Virus record (IMG/VR): IMGVR_UViG_3300042292_000345
Coordinates: 13,326-77,325 of that record
DNA: 64,000 nt
Strand: one strand, 5' to 3'
Source: a virus
This document shows, piece by piece, positions 20,701 through 30,274 of the stretch; the first letter of the stretch is position 1, and each line of letters opens with the position of its first letter. Below the pieces are notes generated by a model. The model had not been told where the DNA came from and did no database searches. It saw only the letters and a list, made by a program, of their open reading frames with translations. The position numbers and the translations under genes were made by a program.

Positions 20701-22220
20701 TCACAGGCGTCGATTCTATTGATGGCTTTTGTGTACTATTAGAGGGCATGAAAACAAATGGAACTATTCCAACTCCTACATTTGACAAGATGTTTAAGAA
20801 TGCTAATAGTAAATTTATAGATGTTTCAGACCCTGTTTTAGCTGGAAAGTATGCAGTAATCTTTGAAGATGTATCTCCTGTGTTATTTAGAACTGCTTTT
20901 GTGTTTCCTTTCAGAAGAGTATCTAAACCTGCTTATGATAAATATGATACTCCATTAGTACGAGTGCTACCAGATACTGTAGCAAACAAACCACAGTATA
21001 AGAAGTTTGTAATAAAAGGCAAAGAGTATATTTGTGTCCCTAATATAGCGCCTGCAAGAAGTCATGCAAATACTGTATTATATCAAGCAATGACTGAACA
21101 GATTATGCAAGCTTTTGTTGCTACTGAATATGGTAACCTATCAATAGCTAATGGTATTGGTGATTTTAATCTATCATCTGCTGACGGCTTAATGGGGAGT
21201 GTTAGTGTCTTGCCTGCAGTCGATACTACTAAAGTAACAGTAGTAATGGCAGGTAATAAAAGTGGCACAATTGATATTACAATTAATTGGGAATACCCTG
21301 CCGAGGATAGAGCAGGGCTAGATGGTTTCATTATTGATATTATCACCAATGATAAGAGCAGTACAATGACTAAAGCGACTATAACAAAGCTGAAAGGTTA
21401 TGTCACTGTTGATGAGGCAGGTACAGACTCTGCAAACCCCGATAAGTCTTCTTATACATTTCTAAATCAGCCTATTAAATCTTTTTATAATTTTACAATT
21501 ATTCCTTACCATGTAATTTCAGAAGTTACTTTTAAGAAAGCTAAAAATGTTATCTTAGGCAAAGGAAGAGTTGCAAGAGTAGGTAAGGTACCTATATTAT
21601 ATGAAGCTACTTATGGCTTGGTATTGGCCGCAGGTATGAAATACAGTAAAAGGGATACACAAGGTGGTACCCAGCCTGTATTAGCCACCGCTGGTGATTA
21701 CTGGTTAAATACATTTGCAGGTTTTACCGCAGGTATTCCTACATTACAAACTGCTAGATTTGATGGAACTTCTTGGGAGGCTTTAACTACTGCTGAGTAT
21801 GCTGAAAAAGCCATAACGCAGACTGTTGAGTTAGCACAAGAACCTACTTGGCATACTGGTTTTTATTTTAAAAATATTAGTAGTAATACAATAGCGGGGA
21901 TTGTGACTCAAGATACAGCTAAATGGGATGACAAATTAGATAAATGGATTAGTTTACAGACCAAACCGATGCTCTTTAATTACCCTATAGCTGATTTAAA
22001 TTCGTATCCACCTAATACTAATTCTTACTTTTTAGCAAGTGTTGCTCCTTTTGTGCTATATAAAGGATTTAATGGAAAGTGGAATCTAATTAATACACTA
22101 GTAGCAGCTCAGATAGGTACTGCAAAACCTGCTAAAAACTCAACTCAACTTGCTTTCTTTGATAAGAAAGCTATCATATACTATTATAGACCTAGCACGT
22201 CTAAGATATGGATTAACTAA
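14718..22220 (+). CDS. Central tail fibre / tip attachment protein (gpJ-like), ~2500 aa
   Basis: LPVVYGRSRVAG, YSANPSWCLLDYLTNTIYGKG, FECNITLD, LEPGDV motifs; long repeat-containing C-terminal extension. Confidence 0.85.
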   Translation: MTDPFSIIMFVVAIGLTVYRMVSAPKPKAPQGPGRTQVSGVDVIADGQPEYLPVVYGRSRVAGVRAYTTISPSFVYIDIPDNFQRFNPTANPSLTAILDKSGAATKNSVLTTQIAIAHGPINRVVEVLIEDTTSDNPSFAYRSNNTTHKDAEVANRLPEASWQIDICTNGVAPNTATNVKGFTHPRGSSTAYFADIAYATCTFKIDEFELQWNGIPDTAFLVEGMKVQKWMLSGTTPVVDGPKVYSANPSWCLLDYLTNTIYGKGIDVGTEVNIESFIKAAIVCDQRFKESNAANALDKGYKIGGAINKAIPTEQYRAIFECNITLDTGKPMRDNIETLLTTMNGAVLTWSNGRYNLLVIHPTSMTALNALRYLDGVAPLAGQEDITLLTDNDLVLDQQIDVAWPDASTKLNQVTIHFKNEARNFKDDAITWPVLYQDAEIPVAATSEVITDPVGRFVWTANANGHDYSKYAFVGMFAKFGVANKGDNAGATDTFRIHCVGVIGSYSIEAVCTARISSVRIIREYPTSGLIEQELLNLSTCATPRFYNDETKVDDPLGDKFYYNTLLGSTTRPIGYNDTIIGSGPTRLTSGGQEAKLNILTNEDMYLRIEVTYSRTVGMYFNQKDSTDKKKKRQFEDYSPNAGVSYGLCFIDYSAGHNILWQTGQQYYTEFKIASPNEKATLDAAKALHDSLKAEDGNVILERDYTIPGISTIYHAWFRAEELVRASRFSFKVTFKYLVKNLYLEPGDVFAIQSVAMGWDTPITLRVTSSSLNEENVCSVQADYISTDLYIKGVNLPNFSSDIIPPIYIGTSYDMRSFEFISEANETVGSPGTLIYAAQFPNLVKGFEISACYNSTKASNGALSFSVIVPETYAREVELPATTATTAIYSIRAISYNDIKGTPAYSILTGAHTLSRFGNMLILSCDQDALIYSNDKPVVSTITLKAILDVVDLHGKVYTWKVGGVVIPTLVGNEVTYTLPTTKPLKALEISVSVTDTDIPDLAFSFTDTIKLPILTGADSPPLLEFADSLLVLERDNMQLPKTVALNYYLKGVIAPLPEYTIAAVGCTAEIVATGIKITEVTSGAASTYVIATAGSLSTTVKVVSVTNTTFNISVNLISEDKLVAKYKSDNTLDPPSYTIAFTAQLNVQDISAYTFEFYVNDTLNPNSVDNTFIYYPTEQYANMPETIKVLVKRVVGTTETLVAADYVTILGLLDTSGAEPKMQLANAFKVLSVNLDSTTSMADSGTYGDVYIGTTALTYSTTDVNAVNAPLGIYNVTATQVGLSGEPEIAVSMNSTSDVGFHTNDYAEMLPTTNQATITFNAKVKDLKGAILELLPLEQKLIRQTSFAVTKQVLDAASLHVLSTSADISVIPVPTDIAITYVADADDDGTTSGTISWTYPTAYTSIDGFVVCYTSTKLNAQLDLNHLDVASSAVSVKVSKDIRSCQINGLGTTKYICAFIFAYRKADIASYNTFDDDTSHRYKTSDNDLWIVSLVARSHLTDALSRYTSRLVVNTDIKDENGNTLSVAEVYANLEDFNSKNNTSTAPLPAVTFRTPGIVYDNSKVNSGNIDFAVLCKMPKTSDLVMIDGIAVLCEEYLTSNSINLSGVIPTEQVIATNLSTVFVPISSPKVDSNPLNPTLGDWWFNIPFDEMKVNVFRNVFIFTYREVDITTYNSTAYTKRKFQKGNRNFFCSDAYQLVPKDGDYSIYNGTLATSAELKLPDGTIIKTADLYANLVNTSPLNDASVAAISTPIISTSNGIVYSNTYTNSGNIDYIFNFGTLNIIPNGTPGNDKDSIDGFAILEVITADKTDLIIDITPEKIMTNPSNFVVSASVGQAATAQNQMGQTVYAAEVKEAKAKAARSLFIVAYREVSTATFAKATTNIKVRVGKRMFFCSEVARSHANGELSLCTLPLTTTAELQTIDGVVLQTTKLYENYLDFNSGNNNSFATIDNNITNIQLSYLKDTDPTTALVTSVHPSGNVDITLQFEFGGNVTGVDSIDGFCVLLEGMKTNGTIPTPTFDKMFKNANSKFIDVSDPVLAGKYAVIFEDVSPVLFRTAFVFPFRRVSKPAYDKYDTPLVRVLPDTVANKPQYKKFVIKGKEYICVPNIAPARSHANTVLYQAMTEQIMQAFVATEYGNLSIANGIGDFNLSSADGLMGSVSVLPAVDTTKVTVVMAGNKSGTIDITINWEYPAEDRAGLDGFIIDIITNDKSSTMTKATITKLKGYVTVDEAGTDSANPDKSSYTFLNQPIKSFYNFTIIPYHVISEVTFKKAKNVILGKGRVARVGKVPILYEATYGLVLAAGMKYSKRDTQGGTQPVLATAGDYWLNTFAGFTAGIPTLQTARFDGTSWEALTTAEYAEKAITQTVELAQEPTWHTGFYFKNISSNTIAGIVTQDTAKWDDKLDKWISLQTKPMLFNYPIADLNSYPPNTNSYFLASVAPFVLYKGFNGKWNLINTLVAAQIGTAKPAKNSTQLAFFDKKAIIYYYRPSTSKIWIN

Positions 22221-22231
22221 TAGGAGGAATA

Positions 22232-25200
22232 ATGTCATTTGGCGATTATAAAAATCCTGGCGTAACTGCCGTAAACACAGATGACACCCCTTTTACAGAC
22301 TCTTCTACAAGCGAGGTAGTACCAGCAGGTGCTACCGCCGTTTGGGATGGGGATAATTGGGATGTTATTATTTCACCCGCTATAGAAAGTAATGTCGCGC
22401 CTGCTAATCCAATTGATAATCAAATATGGGTAGACTCTTCATTATCTCCAAAGCAAACAAAGATATGGCGAGACCATATAGAAAATGGTACTTGGCTCGT
22501 TATTGGCATTCCAGAAGCTTCAAGGATAGCACCAAAAGGTTTATTCAACCTCGGTGATCCTTACATTGTAGGTGATGTTGTAACTTTTAATGATGTTACA
22601 TACTATTGCACAGCAAACACTAGTGTCGAGCCCGCTGCTTTATCAGCAGCATGGTCAGTATTAGTGCCTGCCAGTGATAGTTCACCAGATATTCAAGTAA
22701 ATTTCACTAATGATAATTTTGTAATTTCAGCTAACTACGCAGCAGGGTACACTGCAAGTGATAGCTATGATACCACTATTACAGTAACTAGAAATGGTGT
22801 GCAAGTATTACCTAGTGCTACAGCTGTAGCTAGTACTTTTGTTTGCACTATTGAAACTTCAGATCAGAATGAAATAACCCCTGGAACTTTAACAAAGGGC
22901 GAAACCTCTTATACTCTGTCAGCGCCTACTGCTATATCTTTAACTGAGACATCTTACCTAGTGGTCAAGACAGTAGTAAGAGATAAGACAGGTACTGGAG
23001 TTGCTAAAACTGTGTATACCAGAGTTAACTATACTCTAGTAAGAACTGTAGAGGTCTCTGCCGCTGGAGGGACCCCTACTTTTTCAATAGGGACTGTTGA
23101 AGCTGCTACAACCGTACCAGAAGTTACTATGTCAGGTACTGCATTAAATCCTGTATTAAACTTCAAATTAATTAAAGGTGAGGCTAGCACTGTACCAGGA
23201 CCTCCACCTTTAGTAACCGTAGGAACTGTTACAAGTGGATTAACTCCTAATGTTGTTGCGTCAGAAACAGAACCAGGTAAGGTAAAATTTGATTTTATAC
23301 TTGCTAAAGGTGCTGATAGTACTGTACCAGGGCCTGCTTACCCTATTCATGTTATTGTTGCAGACTCACCTACCGTTAGAGGAAACTCCAAAGGTATCCT
23401 TAATGTTAGCTCTGTTGTATTTGATTTAACAGAATTGACTGGTTACTATGCTGGCGCAGAAAAAGGAACTGCTGACGTAACTTGGACAATTTCTTTACAA
23501 ACAGCTACTGAGCTTATTCTTGTTGACACTACAGCTAATAAAACATGGAAAGCCAGTGTAGCTATAAGTAACATTGTAAAAAGTATTATAGTAAAAGCAG
23601 CATTCAAAGTAGGGACTAAAGACACAGTATGTAATTATGTAGTGCCAGTTATAATGGATGGTAGAGACGGTAATGACGGCATCCCTGTGACTTATGATAT
23701 AATCGGAGGACCGGCTAGTCTTGAGTTTGATGATGTTACTAATAAAAATATACTGAAAAAGCTGATATTAGATGTTACTAAGACATATAATGGCATAACC
23801 ACTTCGACAGGTCTGACTGGCTACTTTACAGCTTTTGCATTATCTTCAAGTGGTGCATATGATGCTACAGTAGCTGGTAGCCCTTTTACAGGTACGACAG
23901 CTACTATTGATGTCAGTGAAATTTACAATAGCATATTAGTTTCTTATTGGCTGACAACATCAGGTGAGAGTGTCAAAGTTGCATCTCGTACTTTTGCAAG
24001 AGTGCCTACAGGTCGTAAAGGCGATAAAGGCGAAAAAGGAGATAATGCTACATTTGAAGTAGACTCAACAATAACACTTGCAGCAGGCTCAATAGCAACG
24101 GTAGAGAATACAGGAACTTCGGCAGTAGCTAAACTCAAATTCAGCATTCCAAAAGGTGATAAGGGAATGCAAGGCGACGCGGCTACCGTAACTGTAAATA
24201 GTGTAACCGATGGTGATATTGCAGCAGTTACAAACTCTGGTACAGCTTATGCTGCTGAGTTAGATTTTGTATTACCAAGAGGAGAAAATGGCACTAGAAC
24301 AGGTGTAATGACGTTATTTAAATGGTCATTAGATAAACCTAGTAGCAAACCCTCAGGTAGCTCTACATATACATGGGCAGATGGGACATTCAGCGCTCCT
24401 GCCACTTTAAATAATTGGTCAGAAACGATTGGGCCTTCAGCTGGTGGGTTTACATTGTGGGCCTGCAGGCTTCAAGTTATTAATAAGACTGACAGTGCTA
24501 CTACCGGGGTTGATTGGGGAAATAGTACAATACTTGCAGCTGGTTCATCGGGCCCTAATTCTTATGTTTGGGTAAGATACGCAGATGATGCTAGTGGTCT
24601 TAATATGACTGCTACACCTGGCAATAAGATGTTTATTGGGTTGGCTTTTAATAAGACAACAGCAACTTCAACTAATGCTGTTGCAGACTATAGCTGGACA
24701 CAGATAAGAGGTATAGATGGTATTTCTACTACGCTATACACTATTATCCCAGTTGAGGGCGCAATAACAATAACTGCAGCAGGTGTTATTACTCCAAATG
24801 TTATAACTTTCAATGCGTACAAGAGAATGGGTAATGGCGCATTAGTACCTGAAGACGATTATAGTAATTGGACGCTCTCTATAGATGCTGGCGGAGAGAC
24901 AGATAATAATCTTACAGTAACTACTAGCGGTGGTGTCGGGGCAGTAGCAGGCGCTGTATGTAAAGCAAACCTGGTAGGTGCAACTATAACTTCAAGAGTT
25001 AAAGCTAGGATTTATAAAGAGCCTGCAAAGACCACACTGTTAGCTGAGTATACTATGCCTGTTGTATTTCAGGGTCCGAAAGGTGATACAGGCTCCTCAG
25101 CAGCAATTGAGTCTATAACAGCCGTAACAGGAGATCCTGGAAGTGCTGCAAGTGTTTCTTATGGAGGCACAGCAACTGCTAGAACCATAACATTGACTGT

Positions 25201-26647
25201 TCCGCGTGGTAATGTCGGAGCTACCCCAAATATTACAATAGGTTCTGTAACTGCTAGTGCTTCTGGTGGGTCTCCTAGTGTTGCTTTAGCAGCTACTAGT
25301 ACTAATACAGCTCCTAAATTTGATTTTGTATTACCGAGAGGTGATAAGGGTGACGCTGGTACTATTGATAGTGTTACAATCAAGACTGGTCTTCCAAATA
25401 CTTTAGCAGGGCTAGTACTAGGAGGGACAGCGTCTGCTAGAACTATGGAATTTACTATTCCTGAAGGAAAGATAGGTAAGACTCCTGTAATTAGTGTAGG
25501 TACTACTATCTCTGCTGCTGAAGCTAAAGTAATTAAATCAGCTGATAGCACAGATGCAAATGTTATATTTAATTTTGAATTACCCAAAGGTGATAAGGGT
25601 GATACAGGCACTATTACAGTCAGAAATGTAACAACAGGTGCAGCAGGCTCTTCTGTTACTATAGCGAATGCAGGTACAGCATCTAGCGCATTGTTAGATA
25701 TCTCAATACCTAAAGGTGATATTGGTATTACTCCTCAAATTGGTATAGGCACAGTTAGTGCCAGTGCTTCTGGTGGCACTCCTAAGGTTGAAATGGCAGC
25801 CAGCAGTACACTTACAAATCCTAAATTTGATTTTATATTACCTAAAGGTGATAAGGGTGATATTGGTCCTTCGTTATATATTATTGCTGATAGACAATTA
25901 GTATTCTATTCTATGGATGGTCTTACTGAAAATCTTGCAGGTGGCCCAATAACACTTACAGCTATTTCATCAGGTCTGACAGGTGATATTTCATGGTCTT
26001 ATACAGGTCTGGTCAGCTCGCCTACAGCTAGTACTAGCGCAACCTATACTATTACTCAAGCAAATTTTGGCAGTTCTTCTTGCGCTCAAATAACATGTAC
26101 TATTGGTTCTTATAAGGCTAGTGTAACTATTTATAGATACGAAGCTAGTAGTGCAGCTCCACATGCTACAGTAGGTGCTAATTGGCTTACTAATGTAACA
26201 AATAAGCCTACTAAACTTGGAGATATAAATAGCACTGAAGGTACCTTGCTGAATTTATTTAGTTACAGTAATGGTTTAGTTAGTTTAAATGCTAACTTTA
26301 GTTCTAATGCAAATATTACAGCTTATGATACATCTGATAGAACTCTAAAAGAAGAAATTAAATGGCTAAAAGATCCACTAGAAAGATTAATGGAAATACC
26401 AGCAGTTAGCTTCAAATGGAATGAAGAGTACTATGACAGATACTTATCAAGAACTCACCCTTTGAGTGATATTGGTGTAATAGCTCAAGATGTTCAAAGA
26501 GTTCTACCAGAAGCTGTAAAGATAAGAGAAGACGGTATATTGGCTGTTAACTACATGAAGTTAATACCTCTCTTAATAGGCGCAATAGCTGAGCAGCAAA
26601 AACAAATAGAGGAATTAAAAGATGCCATACTCTCTACTGGACGTTAA
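22232..26647 (+). CDS. Long tail fibre with collagen-like repeats and C-terminal peptidase S74 intramolecular chaperone
   Basis: Repeated KGDKGD triplets between ~35-40-aa units; SDRTLKEEI..GVIAQDVQRVLPEAV..VNYMKLIPLLIGAI at 26333-26640. Confidence 0.88.
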   Translation: MSFGDYKNPGVTAVNTDDTPFTDSSTSEVVPAGATAVWDGDNWDVIISPAIESNVAPANPIDNQIWVDSSLSPKQTKIWRDHIENGTWLVIGIPEASRIAPKGLFNLGDPYIVGDVVTFNDVTYYCTANTSVEPAALSAAWSVLVPASDSSPDIQVNFTNDNFVISANYAAGYTASDSYDTTITVTRNGVQVLPSATAVASTFVCTIETSDQNEITPGTLTKGETSYTLSAPTAISLTETSYLVVKTVVRDKTGTGVAKTVYTRVNYTLVRTVEVSAAGGTPTFSIGTVEAATTVPEVTMSGTALNPVLNFKLIKGEASTVPGPPPLVTVGTVTSGLTPNVVASETEPGKVKFDFILAKGADSTVPGPAYPIHVIVADSPTVRGNSKGILNVSSVVFDLTELTGYYAGAEKGTADVTWTISLQTATELILVDTTANKTWKASVAISNIVKSIIVKAAFKVGTKDTVCNYVVPVIMDGRDGNDGIPVTYDIIGGPASLEFDDVTNKNILKKLILDVTKTYNGITTSTGLTGYFTAFALSSSGAYDATVAGSPFTGTTATIDVSEIYNSILVSYWLTTSGESVKVASRTFARVPTGRKGDKGEKGDNATFEVDSTITLAAGSIATVENTGTSAVAKLKFSIPKGDKGMQGDAATVTVNSVTDGDIAAVTNSGTAYAAELDFVLPRGENGTRTGVMTLFKWSLDKPSSKPSGSSTYTWADGTFSAPATLNNWSETIGPSAGGFTLWACRLQVINKTDSATTGVDWGNSTILAAGSSGPNSYVWVRYADDASGLNMTATPGNKMFIGLAFNKTTATSTNAVADYSWTQIRGIDGISTTLYTIIPVEGAITITAAGVITPNVITFNAYKRMGNGALVPEDDYSNWTLSIDAGGETDNNLTVTTSGGVGAVAGAVCKANLVGATITSRVKARIYKEPAKTTLLAEYTMPVVFQGPKGDTGSSAAIESITAVTGDPGSAASVSYGGTATARTITLTVPRGNVGATPNITIGSVTASASGGSPSVALAATSTNTAPKFDFVLPRGDKGDAGTIDSVTIKTGLPNTLAGLVLGGTASARTMEFTIPEGKIGKTPVISVGTTISAAEAKVIKSADSTDANVIFNFELPKGDKGDTGTITVRNVTTGAAGSSVTIANAGTASSALLDISIPKGDIGITPQIGIGTVSASASGGTPKVEMAASSTLTNPKFDFILPKGDKGDIGPSLYIIADRQLVFYSMDGLTENLAGGPITLTAISSGLTGDISWSYTGLVSSPTASTSATYTITQANFGSSSCAQITCTIGSYKASVTIYRYEASSAAPHATVGANWLTNVTNKPTKLGDINSTEGTLLNLFSYSNGLVSLNANFSSNANITAYDTSDRTLKEEIKWLKDPLERLMEIPAVSFKWNEEYYDRYLSRTHPLSDIGVIAQDVQRVLPEAVKIREDGILAVNYMKLIPLLIGAIAEQQKQIEELKDAILSTGR

Positions 26648-29600
26648 TGCAGAAATGGGAGGTAGTGGAAATGAGAAAATGTCAATGGATGCTGAGAATG
26701 TTAGACAGCATCTTTTGGCAGAACCTCATCCTGCACCTGTAAGATTATATCCAAATTTATCTCCTGGAGGCATGAATGCAGTTGTACTTACTGTAACAGT
26801 TCTTTCAGATTCTCAAGTTAGATTTAACTGGACTGGAGGTCATAAATATGGCACATACCAGATAAGGGGCAGATTTAAAAATGTCGATGATACGTGGACA
26901 AATATTACAACATCTGAAAATATTCTTAATGGTAGTGTCTATACATTCAATCATGCTGCACATATCGGGAATACAATGTATGGCATATTTGAATTGTTTA
27001 TTGTACTCAGGTTTGCTACTCTAACAGGCGGTATGGCAGACTTTTTACCTTCTAACATTGTTACTGTTCAATTAAGTGATTGGGAATTTCCCGATACTTT
27101 TAGAGATCCCATCTTATATGGCATTGACAATGTACATGACTCTGATTATCCTAACTGGAAGAGTCCTGGATTTCGATACGATATGCAGTGGCTTGTACTG
27201 GCGCTATGGGATAAGGGCGTTAAGACTTCTGAAATTGAAGGTTCTATTTTTAGGACAGACTGGGCATTCTGCAATATATACGTCAAAAGAAACATAACTA
27301 TATATTGTAGTAAAACAATAGGTGCATCATCTTACCTTACTCAAACTACTGCTGTTACAGGAGATTACTACCCTCCTTCTCCAGGTCTAACAATTGGTCT
27401 TAAAATTCCTGATGTAGACTTTACTTTTATATTTAGTGGCTCAATAATAGCAAGTGAAACTGTTGCAGTAAAAGGACAATTTAAGCAGAATACAAACTAT
27501 GTGACAAACAATACTGTTGATGTCGATGGTACTTTATATACTTGTATTAAAGATTGTGTAAATATACTTCCAGGAAATCATGCTTCATGGGGCAAGTACT
27601 GGATGTATACTGAAAGAAATCCTGCAATCCCTTTATTAATACATGGCATACATAATGCTAGTAGTACTACTATTATAAATAATGGTACTATTAGAGGTGG
27701 AGGAGGTGGCGGCGGGTGTGGCGGTAATACAGTAGTATGGGATACTTATTACTATCCTAGCTGGATCAATAAACCCTATCTAATAGGCGATTTTGTAAAA
27801 CATCAAGGTATGCTGTATTGTTGTATAAATCCCCCGATTGCTGCTTACTTCAATGCCAGCTTTTCATATTCAGTTCCTGCAGCAAATGCAAGTACTATCT
27901 ATTGGAAACTATATTCCCAAAATTTATATCCATTTAATAGAGGCTCAGATGGTATGCAAGGTGGTATTGCAATCAAAAATGATACTCTTAGTTATGTAAT
28001 TCTTGAAAACAATGGAATAATACATGGTGGCGGTAATGGTGGCGCAGGTGGAAGACCAAATACTATATCACAACTGCTACCTAGAGATTTTGCTGTTGGT
28101 GTTGTAGGTACTAATGGAAGAGATTCAGCAGGCGGTGATGGGGGCAACGGTGCAGGATATTCTCTTACTGAAGTAGATCCTATTAATGACTTTAAGTATA
28201 AAGGTGATATTGGAGGACTTGGTTCTGATAATAGCCTGATAGCTGGAGGAGATGCTGCTGGTCCTGATAATGATTATGCATTTGGGGGTAAAGGAGGTTT
28301 AGCATTTACTGGGCAACCTGCATGGGGTGTTGGTAGGTTTAGCATAGTAGGTAATCGTAAGCCATATCCACCTATCCTAATATTAGAAGCTTATCCAAAG
28401 CAAGTTTATATTGATATAGTTCCACTAGATCCACTAGGCGGAAATACAGCGCTGGGTTATGACATATATAATTCAAATATATTAGTAGGCTCTGCTACTA
28501 GCGCACTTAGGGTCACAGGTCTTCTTCCAGACACTGTCTATTATTTTTCTGCAATAGCATATAATGGTGCACTAAGGTCTGCAGAGACTCAAAAATATTC
28601 TATAAGAACTAAATTAAATGAGCCTATCGTTAGTATTATAGATGATGGATTTACTTATAACTCATTTGCTGTAAAAATAACTGTAGAAGCCCCAGCAGAT
28701 AGGTATGAGATCTATATAAATGAAGTATTGACTACTACTTTAATATATAATGGTGCTGATACTCTGATATATAAGACAGGGCCAGTAATGGAGATGTCAA
28801 CAACTTATTATGTTAGGGCAAAAGCTCTCTATTCTTCTGTAAATGAATCTTTCTTAAGTGGTAACTATGCAGTGACAACTACGTATGCGGCAGTTCCACA
28901 AAAACCTTATGATCTAGTAGTTACTCAGACAGATAGGTCTAGTGCTGTATTAGAATGGAGTAGTTATGCTACTAGTTACGAAATAACCATTAGTGGAAGA
29001 GCAATAATTACTACTACTGTAACTAATCTTCCTCTTCGTGATTTGGTCTTTAATGCAAAGTATGATATAACTATTGTTGCAATTAATTCTGAAGGGCGAT
29101 CTCCTATATTCTCAGCTAACCAAATAGTTCTAATTGATGTATATCTTCCAGAACTTTCAGTAACTTCAATAACATCTACTACTTGTGTAATTAATGGAAA
29201 TTTACCAGCAGAACGTGATCTAAAATGCTATCTAGCCTGGTATGATGCAGATGATTATCTCACAGAAGAAATACGAGTATACTACACGCCTGGAAGTGTC
29301 TATAATATACCAAAGACATCTCAAGGTCGCTACGAACTAAGGGTAAGAGGTTATAATCCTGTTACAGATCATGAGGTATGGACTGGTATCCTCTCTATAA
29401 AATTATTACCTTGGATAATAACGTCGTCAACATCAGCGCCTAGAAGTTTATCTGATGGTTACTATTTTGATGATCAATGGGCACGTATAGCTACTAATAA
29501 TCTACTTGCAAGTAACTTAGAATCTAGATTAGGTAGGGATATACAATATACTACATCTTCTAATAACTATGGTACTAGTTCTTTACCTAAGCCATATAAG

Positions 29601-30266
29601 GTAACAATTACTGGAAATACACTCCCTGTAAAATTTACTCTAATTACTAATGGTGTAATTAAGGGAACTACTGTATCTGTTTGGTCATCTGTAGCGGATG
29701 TTGCAATGTATATTGAAAGCACTTGTACTGTTGTTGTCTACAACTATGGAACTATTTGCGGTAGAGGAGGTACTGGAGGACTAGGTGGTTCTTCTCTTCA
29801 AATAGGTGACTATAATGGAGAAGATGGTATAGCTGGTGGTGACGCTATAACAAATTTTAACGGTGATCCTACAAGTGATAACCCCTTAATAATCTATAAT
29901 TATGGCATCCTAGCTTGCGGAGGAGGCGGGGGCGGAGGAGGTGGTGGAGGTGGGTCTGATTACTACGATAAGACTAAGAAAGTATATACTTACGCTGATG
30001 CTATCTATAAAAGAGCTACCTTCCATACGATTCCTAGTTCTTATATTGGCGGTTCTGGAACAGCTGGTAAAGCACGTTCAGGTTCTGGCGGTCTTGGGGG
30101 CACAGGCACTGATGGTAAACCTGGTAGTGGTGGTTATGGTACTCTTGGATTTGCAGAGTCTGGAGACAATGCTACAGAATCCACAGGCGGTGCAGAAGGA
30201 GTAAAAGGTGTTGCAATAGCTGGAAATGAAGCTATAATTTATAATTTTAATACTTATTATCCATAG
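26622..30266 (+). CDS. Receptor-binding adhesin with glycine-rich (gp38-like) modules and FN3-like domains
   Basis: INNGTIRGGGGGGG, ENNGIIHGGGNGG, YNYGTICGRGG, YNYGILACGGGGGG motifs; FN3 signatures GLLPDTVYYFSAIAYN and DLVFNAKYDITIVAINSEGRS. Confidence 0.7.
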   Translation: MPYSLLDVNAEMGGSGNEKMSMDAENVRQHLLAEPHPAPVRLYPNLSPGGMNAVVLTVTVLSDSQVRFNWTGGHKYGTYQIRGRFKNVDDTWTNITTSENILNGSVYTFNHAAHIGNTMYGIFELFIVLRFATLTGGMADFLPSNIVTVQLSDWEFPDTFRDPILYGIDNVHDSDYPNWKSPGFRYDMQWLVLALWDKGVKTSEIEGSIFRTDWAFCNIYVKRNITIYCSKTIGASSYLTQTTAVTGDYYPPSPGLTIGLKIPDVDFTFIFSGSIIASETVAVKGQFKQNTNYVTNNTVDVDGTLYTCIKDCVNILPGNHASWGKYWMYTERNPAIPLLIHGIHNASSTTIINNGTIRGGGGGGGCGGNTVVWDTYYYPSWINKPYLIGDFVKHQGMLYCCINPPIAAYFNASFSYSVPAANASTIYWKLYSQNLYPFNRGSDGMQGGIAIKNDTLSYVILENNGIIHGGGNGGAGGRPNTISQLLPRDFAVGVVGTNGRDSAGGDGGNGAGYSLTEVDPINDFKYKGDIGGLGSDNSLIAGGDAAGPDNDYAFGGKGGLAFTGQPAWGVGRFSIVGNRKPYPPILILEAYPKQVYIDIVPLDPLGGNTALGYDIYNSNILVGSATSALRVTGLLPDTVYYFSAIAYNGALRSAETQKYSIRTKLNEPIVSIIDDGFTYNSFAVKITVEAPADRYEIYINEVLTTTLIYNGADTLIYKTGPVMEMSTTYYVRAKALYSSVNESFLSGNYAVTTTYAAVPQKPYDLVVTQTDRSSAVLEWSSYATSYEITISGRAIITTTVTNLPLRDLVFNAKYDITIVAINSEGRSPIFSANQIVLIDVYLPELSVTSITSTTCVINGNLPAERDLKCYLAWYDADDYLTEEIRVYYTPGSVYNIPKTSQGRYELRVRGYNPVTDHEVWTGILSIKLLPWIITSSTSAPRSLSDGYYFDDQWARIATNNLLASNLESRLGRDIQYTTSSNNYGTSSLPKPYKVTITGNTLPVKFTLITNGVIKGTTVSVWSSVADVAMYIESTCTVVVYNYGTICGRGGTGGLGGSSLQIGDYNGEDGIAGGDAITNFNGDPTSDNPLIIYNYGILACGGGGGGGGGGGGSDYYDKTKKVYTYADAIYKRATFHTIPSSYIGGSGTAGKARSGSGGLGGTGTDGKPGSGGYGTLGFAESGDNATESTGGAEGVKGVAIAGNEAIIYNFNTYYP

Positions 30267-30274
30267 GAGATAGT

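Noticed and set aside
515-25611. Many long minus-strand ORFs (e.g. 11596-12315, 5944-6525, 25159-25611)
   Set aside because: Antisense shadows of long + strand genes; no RBS or recognisable motifs
27111-27120. ATCTTATATG partial promoter match inside the adhesin gene
   Set aside because: Lacks the CGCAAA block and is intragenic; likely chance
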